A program made the position numbers and the translations under genes. 64,000 nucleotides of DNA from Gemmatales bacterium (lineage in GTDB: Bacteria; Planctomycetota; Planctomycetia; Gemmatales; HRBIN36). Below are positions 1 through 9,516 of this stretch, piece by piece. The stretch is from the NCBI GenBank assembly GCA_041640595.1, contig JBEPZY010000003.1, forward strand, positions 476,342 to 540,341. Direction: 5' to 3'. Below the pieces are notes generated by a model, which made no database searches, was not told the origin of the DNA, and saw only the letters and a list, made by a program, of their open reading frames with translations. Numbering within the stretch: the stretch's first letter is position 1; each line of letters begins with the position of its first letter.

Positions 1-228
1 ATGCCGACGTTTCTCAGAACCCTGGCGAATGTGGCTCCGGAAGCGGAAACGCTTATCAGTTACACGGAACGGCAGCTTCCCATTGCTCCTCGCTTATCGG
101 ATGCCCGTTTGCAAAGGGATTATGGTCCGTTGACGATCACCCCGCTGGAAGATGGCATAAGAGAAACTCTGGATCGGTTTCGCATGTTGCGGCAACGCGG
201 CCTGGTCAGCGAAGCCGATCTGGCTTAG
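1..228 (+). CDS. C-terminal fragment of a probable NAD-dependent epimerase/dehydratase (gene starts upstream of the window)
   Basis: Ends in ..ITPLEDGIRETLDRFR.., resembling the C-terminus of extended SDR epimerases; lies upstream of glycosyltransferase genes. Confidence 0.55.
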   Translation: MPTFLRTLANVAPEAETLISYTERQLPIAPRLSDARLQRDYGPLTITPLEDGIRETLDRFRMLRQRGLVSEADLA

Positions 229-401
229 CCCGTGGCCGAGCCAGCGGCCAATGCCTGCGGTCGTGGTTCGCCATACGGTTGCCGATGCCAGGAAAGCGGA
301 ACGGCGATGAATGCAATTGACAGGACCGGCTGTGGGGCGGACAATAACCAGCCAGTCCCCAATACCGCACGGGCGAGCGTATTTGAGCCAGGGATGGCGA
401 C

Positions 402-1421
402 ATGCTCAGCGTGGTGATTCCTTGCTATAACGAAGCGGAGACGTTGGCGGTCAGCTGGCCACGATTGCACCAGGCGTCGCTGGAGTGGGATGAACCCTGC
501 GAGTTTATTTTCGTGGATGACGGTTCCCGGGATGGGACGTGGCAGGTGATTCGGCAGCTAGCGGGCGAGGATGAACGGGTGCGGGGTGTGCGACTCGTGA
601 CGAATCAGGGCCAGCAATGGGCCATCGGCATCGGCTTGCAGGAAGCGCGGGGAGACGCTGTTGTCGTCCTGGATGCCGACCTGCAGGACCCGCCGGAACT
701 GGTTAATGACATGCTGGCCGCCTGGCGTGACGGTGCCGACATGGTCATCGCCGTGCGTCGGCAACGCCAGCGGGAAGTGTGGTGGAAACGACTGGGCGCG
801 CGACTGGTTTATGGCGGGCTGTGGCGGTGGAGCATGGGGCGAAGTTTGCCCGACGCCGGGGATTTTGTGTTACTGGATCGAAAAGTGGTACGCTGGCTAT
901 TGCGGTGGCGGATGCGGCGACCGTTCTGGCGTGGCATGCGTGAATGCGGCACCTTTCGCAGAGCCTATGTGGAATACGATCGCCAGCCACGTGTTGCCGG
1001 GAAAAGCCATTATTCGCTGCGGCGACTGTTGCGGCTGGCGTGGGACGGCCTTTTCGGTGTGACGGACATGCCGGCACGTCTGGCGGTCTGGTCATTGTGT
1101 GGCTTGCTGTTGGCGTGCGCCGCACTGGTGCTGGCTTGTGCAAGAGCGAATGGTGCGGGTCTGGTGGCTGCGATTTGCCTGGCTGCTTTCCTGCTCGTCA
1201 GCGGAGAGCTGGCGATTCTGTCGGTTCTGGTGCTGCGAGCGGTTCGTCTTTTCGAGATGCCAGCAGACGCCTGGATCATCGAACGCACGGCCTCATCCGT
1301 CAGCAAACGAACGTCGGCACCAGTGGTTTGCGCTCCTGCACGCAGGAATCGCGCCGATGCCACAGGGAAAAAGTCCTGCCCTGCCGACCGTCGGAAGAAA
1401 ACCAGGTATGATAATGAGTAG
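402..1421 (+). CDS. Glycosyltransferase family 2 (ArnC/GtrB-like polyprenyl-phosphate glycosyltransferase)
   Basis: LSVVIPCYNE, FVDDGSRDGT and LDADLQDPP motifs; two C-terminal hydrophobic helices. Confidence 0.9.
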   Translation: MLSVVIPCYNEAETLAVSWPRLHQASLEWDEPCEFIFVDDGSRDGTWQVIRQLAGEDERVRGVRLVTNQGQQWAIGIGLQEARGDAVVVLDADLQDPPELVNDMLAAWRDGADMVIAVRRQRQREVWWKRLGARLVYGGLWRWSMGRSLPDAGDFVLLDRKVVRWLLRWRMRRPFWRGMRECGTFRRAYVEYDRQPRVAGKSHYSLRRLLRLAWDGLFGVTDMPARLAVWSLCGLLLACAALVLACARANGAGLVAAICLAAFLLVSGELAILSVLVLRAVRLFEMPADAWIIERTASSVSKRTSAPVVCAPARRNRADATGKKSCPADRRKKTRYDNE

Positions 1422-1469
1422 CGGTTGGGGCAACGGGCATGACGCGTGGTCACCCAGGAGGTAGATGCG

Positions 1470-2618
1470 ATGAGTAACAGCGGCGAAATTCCGACGGTGC
1501 AACCGGCTCCGAACGTGCCGACCGTAATCATTCGAGAAACGGTACGAACTTCGACCACGGCCAAAGTGCTGGTCTGGCTGTTTGGCACGTTGTTGCTGGT
1601 GTCGCTTCTGGGGAATTGCATTCTGGCCGGGTTGCTGGGTTCCCTGGCTCCGAGCGGTTACAGCGACCGTTTGCAGCAGAAATACTACGGAGGTAACGCT
1701 GGCAGCGATCAGGTAATTGCCCTTATCCGACTGGAAGGCGTGATTCTGGAAGGGACGCTGGACTACCTGTACAAACAGTTTCGCGATGCCGCCCAGGATG
1801 AGCACGTCAAGGCAGCGGTTCTGGTGATCAACAGTCCGGGCGGAACGGTTACCGGGAGCGAACTGCTGCACGAATACGTGGAGCGAATGCGTGCTGGAAA
1901 CTGGGAGAAACAATCTGCTCCGAAGCCGGTGGTTACACATATCGAAAGCATCGCCGCCTCGGGGGGTTATTATGTTGCCGCGGCCAGTGACCACATTGTT
2001 GCCCAGCCGGGGAGCGTGACCGGCTCGATAGGCGTATTTGCTGCGTTTCTCGATCTGCACAAGCTGGCGGAAAAATACGGCGTGGCTATGCACGTCATCA
2101 AGCGTGGCGAACTGAAAGGGCCAAGCATCCTTCACGAACTGACGCCGGAAGAACGCCAGCAATGGGAATTGCTTGTCGGGGAAGCTTATGCGCGATTTCA
2201 AGAGGTAGTAGCTGGTGGTCGCCGTAACAAACTCAAATACCAGTTGCGGGAACCCTTCGAGTTGAAAACCGACACAGGCCAGGCAGTCACGCGACGGATT
2301 GCCGATGGTGGCGTGTTCACCGCCAACCAGGCAAAAGAGCTGGGGTTGATAGATGACCTCGGCTTTCTGCCCGAAGCGATCAAAAAAGCAGCCGAACTGG
2401 CCAATCTGAGCGAGTACAAGGTGGTGGAGTATAAGCGACCGTTCGGCTTTTTCTCGGACCTTTTCGAGAGCCGAGCGGAAAGTCAGCAGGCTGGCGTCCG
2501 GCCAGGGCATCTCGATTTGAGCAACTGGCCGATGCTGACCATGCGGTTGTGGTATCTGACGCCCGGCTACGAACTGGCCCCGGTGCCGATGCTGGAGGTG
2601 TTGCAGCGTCGCCCGTAA
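1470..2618 (+). CDS. sppA: Signal peptide peptidase SppA (peptidase S49)
   Basis: INSPGG, AASGGYYVA and TGSIGV motifs; N-terminal TM helix; AGGAGG at 1456-1461 before ATG 1470. Confidence 0.9.
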   Translation: MSNSGEIPTVQPAPNVPTVIIRETVRTSTTAKVLVWLFGTLLLVSLLGNCILAGLLGSLAPSGYSDRLQQKYYGGNAGSDQVIALIRLEGVILEGTLDYLYKQFRDAAQDEHVKAAVLVINSPGGTVTGSELLHEYVERMRAGNWEKQSAPKPVVTHIESIAASGGYYVAAASDHIVAQPGSVTGSIGVFAAFLDLHKLAEKYGVAMHVIKRGELKGPSILHELTPEERQQWELLVGEAYARFQEVVAGGRRNKLKYQLREPFELKTDTGQAVTRRIADGGVFTANQAKELGLIDDLGFLPEAIKKAAELANLSEYKVVEYKRPFGFFSDLFESRAESQQAGVRPGHLDLSNWPMLTMRLWYLTPGYELAPVPMLEVLQRRP

Positions 2619-2632
2619 AAGCAGTCCCTGGC

Positions 2633-3850
2633 ATGGATGCCCACTCCCTGTCTCAGCACAACTGGCGAAGGATTCTAATCATCAAACCCTCGGCGTTCGG
2701 GGATGTGTTGCACACCCTGCCGGTACTGGTGAAATTGCGTCGGCGCTATCCCGAGGCGGAGATTGACTGGCTGATCACGCCGGAAAATGCCGAGGCAGTG
2801 CGTTACCATCCAGCTCTGAGCCGGGTAGTGCTTTTTCCCCGGCGGGAAGTGCGTTTGTTTGGCCAGGGGCGATTGTCATGGCGAAAGTGGTGGCAATTGC
2901 TGGCGGAGTTGCGTAGGCGGCGTTACGAACTGGTGCTTGACCTGCAAGGGCTGTTGCGTTCCGGTTTGTTGACCTGGTGGACTGGGGCTCCGGTGCGGAT
3001 CGGTTTCGATCGGCCGCGGAGGGGTCTGCGAGCACCGCGCGATCGCCTGGCCGGCCATTGTCAGCATGGTTGGCGTGGCACGCGCGAGGGAGCCTGGCTC
3101 GCCTACACCCACCGGCTGCCCATTACCAATCTCGACGTGCACGCGGTGGATCGCTATTTGTGGGTGGGTCGGTGGCTCGGTTTTGATGACAGTCCGCCGG
3201 ATTTGCGCGTTTACTGGCCCCGTGATGCTGACCATTGGGCGGAAGAACTGGTGCATCGAGAAATCGGTCGGCAGCCGTTTGCCGTGATCGCCCCGGGAAC
3301 GGTTTGGCCGACCAAGCGCTGGTCGGTTGAAGGTTTCGCGGAAGTGAGTCGGCAATTGCTGGCCGACGGGTTTCGTGTGGTGCTCATCGGTTCACCGCGG
3401 GACACGGAAGTATGTCAGGCTGTGCATTCGCGGGTGCCCCAGGCTCTTAACCTGGCCGGTCAGACGCGGATCACGCAACTGATGGCTCTGATGCACCGTG
3501 CCACCGTGTGCCTGACCAACGACAGCGGACCGATGCACCTGGCCGTTGCTCTGGGCAAGCCGCTGGTGGCCATCTTCGGCCCGACCGACCCGGTGCGGAT
3601 CGGCCCCTATGGTCGCCCGCAAGCAGTCCTGCAAGCTCCGTTGCCCTGTGTGCCGTGTTACTTTCGCCACCTGGCCCAGTGTCCCCACCAGCACGCCTGC
3701 ATGCACGCAATCACACCGCAGCAGGTGCTGAGTCGCATCTACGAAAGCCTGAACGGCCGGCTGATGCACGCCGTTCACTCCGGTGGACTTCCAACCAGCG
3801 TTCACCACGGCGGGCTGACAAGCGATGCTTTCGGTCAGCAGAGCGGCTAG
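2633..3850 (+). CDS. Glycosyltransferase family 9 (LPS heptosyltransferase, WaaF/WaaC-like)
   Basis: RILIIKPSAFGDVL, LDLQGLLRS and TNDSGPMHLAVALG..AIFGPT motifs. Confidence 0.9.
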   Translation: MDAHSLSQHNWRRILIIKPSAFGDVLHTLPVLVKLRRRYPEAEIDWLITPENAEAVRYHPALSRVVLFPRREVRLFGQGRLSWRKWWQLLAELRRRRYELVLDLQGLLRSGLLTWWTGAPVRIGFDRPRRGLRAPRDRLAGHCQHGWRGTREGAWLAYTHRLPITNLDVHAVDRYLWVGRWLGFDDSPPDLRVYWPRDADHWAEELVHREIGRQPFAVIAPGTVWPTKRWSVEGFAEVSRQLLADGFRVVLIGSPRDTEVCQAVHSRVPQALNLAGQTRITQLMALMHRATVCLTNDSGPMHLAVALGKPLVAIFGPTDPVRIGPYGRPQAVLQAPLPCVPCYFRHLAQCPHQHACMHAITPQQVLSRIYESLNGRLMHAVHSGGLPTSVHHGGLTSDAFGQQSG

Positions 3851-4161
3851 CTCCGTACAGATGGCCTCAAAAAAACCGCTTTCGGCATCGCCGCTTCTCG
3901 GACAACGCATACGATCTCGGCAGGACAGGTTATTCCGGAAACCGATTCCAAGCATGACGGGCTGCTGCTCACGGTCCCACGTAAGGTAACAACCGCGGCG
4001 GATTCCGGCCTCGCCAAATAGAGCTGGGCGGAACGGCCTTCCTTTCGCGATGCCAGGCCGAGGTCGAAATGACCGTGTGAGTCGGGAAAGAGCGGGTGTA
4101 CACCCGCCGTGCCCCCAGTCGTGACTGCAAACCGAACATCTCTTTCGCAGCGAGAAACGGT

Positions 4162-4779
4162 ATGGCACGGGGAATCGTCCTGGCGATGACGGGAGCGAGC
4201 GGTGCTCCGTATGGAGTACGGCTGCTGGAGGTGTTGTTGCAGGCGGAGCGGTTCGTGCATCTGGTAATCAGCCCGGCAGCGGTTCAGGTGCTACGCACCG
4301 AACTGGGGCGGGGAATTGACCTCAATCGGTTTGAACTGAGCCAATTACTTCCTTCCTTGTCGCCGGCCCACGCAGCGCTGGTGCAGTATCACCATTATCA
4401 GAACCTGGCCGCCAGCATCAGCAGCGGTTCGTTCCTGACCGAGGGCATGGTGATTTGTCCGTGCAGCATGGGGACGCTGGCCGCCATTGCCAGTGGGATG
4501 TCGCAGAACCTCATTCACCGAGCTGCCGACGTCCACCTCAAAGAACGCCGCAAACTCATTCTCGTACCGCGGGAGATGCCCCTGCACCGTATCCACCTGG
4601 AAAACATGCTGCGTTGCACCGAGGCCGGTGCGATTGTGATGCTTGCCAGCCCGGCCTTTTACACCCGCCCGCAGACCGTGGCCGAAATGGTAGATTTCGT
4701 GGTCGGCCGCATTTGCGATCAACTCGGAGTGCCGCATTCGCTGCTCAAACGCTGGGGAGAACCGTCCGCGAGTGGCTGA
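4162..4779 (+). CDS. ubiX: Flavin prenyltransferase UbiX
   Basis: IVLAMTGASGAPYG, CPCSMGTLAAIA, RAADVHLKERRKLILVPRE and PAFY motifs. Confidence 0.93.
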   Translation: MARGIVLAMTGASGAPYGVRLLEVLLQAERFVHLVISPAAVQVLRTELGRGIDLNRFELSQLLPSLSPAHAALVQYHHYQNLAASISSGSFLTEGMVICPCSMGTLAAIASGMSQNLIHRAADVHLKERRKLILVPREMPLHRIHLENMLRCTEAGAIVMLASPAFYTRPQTVAEMVDFVVGRICDQLGVPHSLLKRWGEPSASG

Positions 4780-5825
4780 GGCGAACCGGGCCAGTATTCG
4801 CCGAGCGTCTGGCGGAGACGATCGAGTATCCGAGCGATGCCGCGACGACCGAGTTCGAGAAGCGCTTGCAAATCTTCCAGGGCGAACGTGTCCTCCTCAC
4901 CCCCGGCCTGCACTTCGACTAGCCGACCGTCTCCGGTCATGACGAGATTCAAGTCCACGGCGGCGTCTTTGTCTTCGGCGTAGTTCAAATCGAGGATACG
5001 CTGACCGTGCCACAATCCGACACTGACAGCGGCAACGCTGCCAGTCAGGATTTCCGACAGCGGATTGGGAAGTTGATCGCGCAGGGCCACCAGAGCATCC
5101 ACCAGAGCGAGAAAACCTCCGTTGATGCTGGCCGTGCGCGTGCCTCCGTCCGCTTCTAACACATCGCAATCAATCCAGAGCGTGCGTTCGCCCAGTTTTT
5201 CGAGGTTGAGGCAGGTGCGTAAGCTGCGGCCAATAAGACGCTGAATTTCAACACTGCGCCCGTCCGGTTTGAGACTGACGCGTGCCTTGCGTGGAGCGGT
5301 CGAACCGGGCAGCATGTTGTATTCCGCCGTCAGCCAGCCTTTACCGGTGCCGACCAGGAAGGGAGGAACCGTTGGTTCCACGCTACAGGTACATAAGACG
5401 GCCGTGCGCCCCATGCAGAAAATCACTCGCCCCGGAGCTGATCCCCAGGCGGGCCGCACGATCTGGATCGGTCGCAATTCATCCGCGGCCCGTCCGTCTG
5501 GTCTGGCCGGTGGCGTAGCGGCAACCTGAGCGGCTGAGGACGGCAGCTCCTGTACTTCTGGACCAGGCGGGCCACTGTCGCTCGCCGCTGCCGTATTCTG
5601 CGGCGCGACCACTTGAACAGTACCGACGGGTTCGGTTGTCGAGATGGAAATCTGGCCAGGTGATTCCGCTAGCGCCGCGTTGCCGTCCGTCGGGCACGGT
5701 GAGCCTGTGGCAGTTGCTCGCGGCAGCGCGGAAGACGAGGCATTCACGCCAGCCTGACCGGCGTCGGTAACCGGCTGCGTCAGGCTTGTCGAATCACTAA
5801 GAGCAGGCCCACTCTTCGCACTCAT
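4719..5825 (-). CDS. rph: Ribonuclease PH with long low-complexity N-terminal extension (start uncertain)
   Basis: RPDGRAADELRP, GWLTAEYNMLP, EIQRLIGRSLR and DCDVLEADGGTRTASING motifs; GGAG upstream of ATG 5825. Confidence 0.92.
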   Translation of the reverse strand: MSAKSGPALSDSTSLTQPVTDAGQAGVNASSSALPRATATGSPCPTDGNAALAESPGQISISTTEPVGTVQVVAPQNTAAASDSGPPGPEVQELPSSAAQVAATPPARPDGRAADELRPIQIVRPAWGSAPGRVIFCMGRTAVLCTCSVEPTVPPFLVGTGKGWLTAEYNMLPGSTAPRKARVSLKPDGRSVEIQRLIGRSLRTCLNLEKLGERTLWIDCDVLEADGGTRTASINGGFLALVDALVALRDQLPNPLSEILTGSVAAVSVGLWHGQRILDLNYAEDKDAAVDLNLVMTGDGRLVEVQAGGEEDTFALEDLQALLELGRRGIARILDRLRQTLGEYWPGSPQPLADGSPQRLSSECGTPS

Positions 5826-6204
5826 CGCTGCCAGTCTCCAGGCGGAACTCCATGTTGTCTGGCGTTGTCCATTTGCGCCCATTTTATCGCCGCGCCCGGA
5901 AAACAGCACCAGTCGCTGGTCGGAAACTTTCCGGCATACATACGAGGCCGAACCTTGGCCGATAGCGCTGCCCGGCAGGTCAGATGCTGAAGGTCGCGCG
6001 TCGAACGCCCGCCTCCCCAATGACCAGGACTTTACTCATAATGTCCCGGCAGGTCAGGGTTCCGTTCGCCAATGGTCCCGACCGGTTCATGCCCGCCGCT
6101 GCCAGCGGTCGGGGTCGGATCGCCTGGTAAGCATTAGCCCCGGCTGGAAAAAGTTGACTCCCTTCCGGCAACGCTCGTGGGGGTCAGCGTCGGATCGCTT
6201 GCGA

Positions 6205-6558
6205 TCACTCGCCGCTGTGTTCGCGCAAGTCGTCCAGGTTGGCCTGACACACCTGACAGCCGATCACCTCCAGGTGAAACCGGCAATAATCGGCGACAGC
6301 TTTGGGGAGTTCGTTGGCCAGATACAACGCCCACTCTTCGCGGCTGGGACAGCTGATCTGAAACCGCCGCCAGATGGCCCCGACGCTGTGTTCTCCCTGA
6401 TCGCGGCGGGCCATCAATTCCGCCAGTTGCCGGCGCAATTCCGGATCGGCACGCAATGCTGACTCGATCCGCGCCATTTCGCTGTCGGTCAGCGTTTCCT
6501 CCAGGAACGCTTCCAGGTCCTGCAACGTAACAGCGGGCTGCTGACTGCTGGTGTTCAT
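6205..6558 (-). CDS. Small soluble putative zinc-binding anti-sigma factor
   Basis: ATGA overlap with the upstream sigma gene; CPS..HLEVIGCQVC motif resembles zf-HC2; no TM segment. Confidence 0.65.
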   Translation of the reverse strand: MNTSSQQPAVTLQDLEAFLEETLTDSEMARIESALRADPELRRQLAELMARRDQGEHSVGAIWRRFQISCPSREEWALYLANELPKAVADYCRFHLEVIGCQVCQANLDDLREHSGE

Positions 6559-7208
6559 CCTGCTTCCTCGGAGAGGCACTGTGGCTGCAGTTCGGGAAAG
6601 ACGTCGGGATTGAGCTGGCGTTGTCGCAACAATTCCCGCAGGCGTTCCAGTGCGGCAAAACGGATATTGGCCACCCGCTGCGGTTCGATATGCAGGCAGG
6701 CGGCCACCTGGCGGTTCGGCCAGCCTTTGACCAGGAGCAACTCCATCACCTTGAGCTTTTCGTATTCACCGCGGCGTTTCCATTCGCCCACCAGTTGAGC
6801 GAGGGCATCGGCTAAGGCCCGGCTTTCCAGTTCCCGACGTTCCTGGCTGCGAAATTGAGTGGATGGTCCGCTTCGGTTCGACGCCAGGTTCCAGCCAGGA
6901 TTTTCTTCCTGGAGTTGCTGCAAGGGATGCCGGCCGGACTTACGCAAACGGTCAATGATTTTGTTGCGCAAAACGCTGAACAGGAAGGTTTGCAGGTCCC
7001 AACTTTGCGAAAGATGCAAAGCGGCGTTATGCAGAGCCAGGAAGGTTTCCTGCACGACATCGCGAGCTTCTTCGGCATCGCGCAAGCGTCGTCGCGCACA
7101 GGCGAGCAATCGGCCCTCGTATCGCGCCACCAGCTGCGACCAGGCTTGTGCATCGCCGCTTCGAATCCGCTCCAGCAACCAGCGATCGGAAAGCGATGTG
7201 CCTACCAT
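6555..7208 (-). CDS. ECF-family RNA polymerase sigma factor
   Basis: Region 2 (GDAQAWSQLVARY..EEARDVVQETFL..RNKIIDRLR) and region 4 HTH (GWPNRQVAACL..VANIRFAALERLR); AAGGA before ATG 7208. Confidence 0.9.
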   Translation of the reverse strand: MVGTSLSDRWLLERIRSGDAQAWSQLVARYEGRLLACARRRLRDAEEARDVVQETFLALHNAALHLSQSWDLQTFLFSVLRNKIIDRLRKSGRHPLQQLQEENPGWNLASNRSGPSTQFRSQERRELESRALADALAQLVGEWKRRGEYEKLKVMELLLVKGWPNRQVAACLHIEPQRVANIRFAALERLRELLRQRQLNPDVFPELQPQCLSEEAG

Positions 7209-7874
7209 CGGGGTTTCCTTCACCGCTGCCAGGGCACCTTTGTCTATATGCTACGCGTCGCCCCAGAACCGATGCAGGGCACACGCTCCTTGCTAACATG
7301 AACACAACCGTAACCGATCAGACACGCAACATCGCCATCTCACCGAGAGACGGCAGGCTTTCATGGCAAGCCGACGGTCCGCTCACGTTCTGCTCTTTCC
7401 GGGAACTTCCGGAAGCCAACGCTAGCTGAGTTGCCCCCGACCACCTGCTAACGTTCTGCTCTACCCCTGCTGGCTATCAGTGCGTGTTGGGAAATCGTCA
7501 CCGGCCAGGGTTGCCCTGGCAAAAATCGGCTGGCCGACGGACGAGGGGATAAAAGCCTTGCCTGCATTGACCGGACCTGGGGCATGACCGCACCTGCTGC
7601 GCGCTCAGGAGAGGCGAAGAAACAAAGGCCTTGCTTACGATTGGCCGGGTCATTAGAAAGAAATTAACGTGGCTTGGATCCACCGCAAAGTTTGCCCAGG
7701 GCGGGGGTAATCATGGTCAGCGATAGTCCTGAGCTTGCCGCGGGGAAACGAACAGGAACCGATCATCCGGGTCACCGTGTGCGCACCACTCAAGCCATCG
7801 GTTCTCCTTCCGGCCAGGTTGGTCGCTCGTCCCCACCGCTACCGATGGTTTGCAATCGGATGGTGAGCCCGGGA

Positions 7875-8270
7875 ATGTGCCGGTGGGCTGCCATAACCAT
7901 CATGGTGTGCCTGGTGATCCATGTGCCGGCGATGTGTCTGCAGGAAAAACCCAAGTCGCCGCCGCAGGTTACGCTACAGCAGATGCGAACCCTGGTGCAA
8001 CGACACCTCGAGCTAATCCAGGCAAAGAAAGCCGAGGACCTGCAGCGTCATTTCACGCCTCGCCTCCGCGAACACATTACTCCGGAGCTGTTGCAGGAGG
8101 TGCAACCCCGGCTGGCGAAAGCGAAAGTTGAGGAGCTGGTCGCGGAAATCCGCCAGCTTGAGAAAAATGGCCGACACCTGGTGATCGTTCGCAGAAACAA
8201 TGGACGGCTACTGACGGTGTTTGTCTGGCACCATGATCAATGGTTGGCCGATACGCTTTGGTTCCGTTAG
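7875..8270 (+). CDS. Hypothetical exported protein (start uncertain)
   Basis: Signal-peptide-like N-terminus followed by a protein-like ~110-aa domain ending VFVWHHDQWLADTLWFR. Confidence 0.6.
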   Translation: MCRWAAITIMVCLVIHVPAMCLQEKPKSPPQVTLQQMRTLVQRHLELIQAKKAEDLQRHFTPRLREHITPELLQEVQPRLAKAKVEELVAEIRQLEKNGRHLVIVRRNNGRLLTVFVWHHDQWLADTLWFR

Positions 8271-8761
8271 CTCTCACTATCGGTCGCCAGGGAGTATCTA
8301 GCCTTACGGTTGGCGGATAGGCTTTGGTTCCGCAAGCTCCCCTGTTTCTACGGGGGACAACCGGACACCATCGGGTCGAAACGGTTGCCAGCACCGGGTC
8401 GGAAACGACCCCAATCGGGTTGCCCGTGGGCATCGCAGCATGCATTACCGCCACCGTCGCCAACGCGGCCTTACGAAAACGTTACTCGCCAGGTGAACGT
8501 TTTATCCCGGGCAGCTCATGCCATCGCGATCTGCTCGTTGGAAAACCTGCCCAGCCCGATTAGCTGTCTGCGTCAATAAAGCAGTGTGCTTCCCTCATTA
8601 TGGGTGCCCGACGAATCCACGCGGGAGCATAATTTGCCGGCAGTCGTAAACTGGCAGGGGAGGTTGTATGCCGTCCGTGCATGCGTTGATCGCCGATAGT
8701 CGCCTGGTGCGTACAATGCTGGCAGATTCCCATCGGCTACTCACAGTAACGGAGAGGCCGC

Positions 8762-9505
8762 ATGCACATTTACAGCTCCCTTTGTGACGACTTCGGAATC
8801 TTCTGCTCCCTGGCGACGGAACTACCGTTTCCGACCAACCGTGAAACCGTCCTGAGCTTTTTCGAGGCGTTGCAGAAGGAGTTTCCGCAGTTGCGTCACT
8901 TTTACGCCCGCGAGGCCGACGAATTCGCGCTGGAACAGGACAAAACCGAGGACACCTACGCTTCGGTGACGCTGGAGTTGCGGCGGTTGAGTTGCGGCCA
9001 GCACAATCCGAGTTCGTTCAGCGATGTGGATACCCTGGTGGAACGGGTGCTGGAACTGGCCCCGTATTACCTCAATCTTTCGCCGCTCGACCTCACCGCT
9101 GTGGACGTGCTGTTCGGCTTCGACCTGGTTTATAACGGCAACCACGATGCGGTGGTGCTGGAGGCATTGGGTGCGGCACCCTGGATGGAAGGATTGCTGC
9201 ACATCCCGGAAGCGAAAGTGCTGAACTATCAACCAGCCCTGACCCTGGGCCTGGACGAAACCTATCGCCTGCAATGCCGTTTGCAAATCGAGACCCGCAC
9301 TACCACCTATCAGGTGCGAACCGGCGAATTTCACGACGAACCGATCAGCGTTTATTTCAGCATTCGCCAATACCGTCATGGCGAACCGATCAAAAACCTG
9401 CCGGAGACCTATCGCCGACTCCGTGAAGAAGGGCAGGAACTCGTCGAACAGTATGTCATTCCCCAGGTAGTCCGACCGCTGGCTCAGGCTATCGGGGCCA
9501 AGTGA
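8762..9505 (+). CDS. Hypothetical protein
   Basis: 247-aa ORF with GGAGAGG RBS and globular-protein composition; closely followed by the aminotransferase. Confidence 0.8.
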   Translation: MHIYSSLCDDFGIFCSLATELPFPTNRETVLSFFEALQKEFPQLRHFYAREADEFALEQDKTEDTYASVTLELRRLSCGQHNPSSFSDVDTLVERVLELAPYYLNLSPLDLTAVDVLFGFDLVYNGNHDAVVLEALGAAPWMEGLLHIPEAKVLNYQPALTLGLDETYRLQCRLQIETRTTTYQVRTGEFHDEPISVYFSIRQYRHGEPIKNLPETYRRLREEGQELVEQYVIPQVVRPLAQAIGAK

Positions 9506-9516
9506 GGAAGCACACG

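Noticed and set aside
7372..7465. GGAACTT ECF-type -35 and a repeated ACGTTCTGCTCT 12-mer upstream of the first sigma gene
   Set aside because: The -10 match is weak and it points away from the sigma gene; too little support without TSS data
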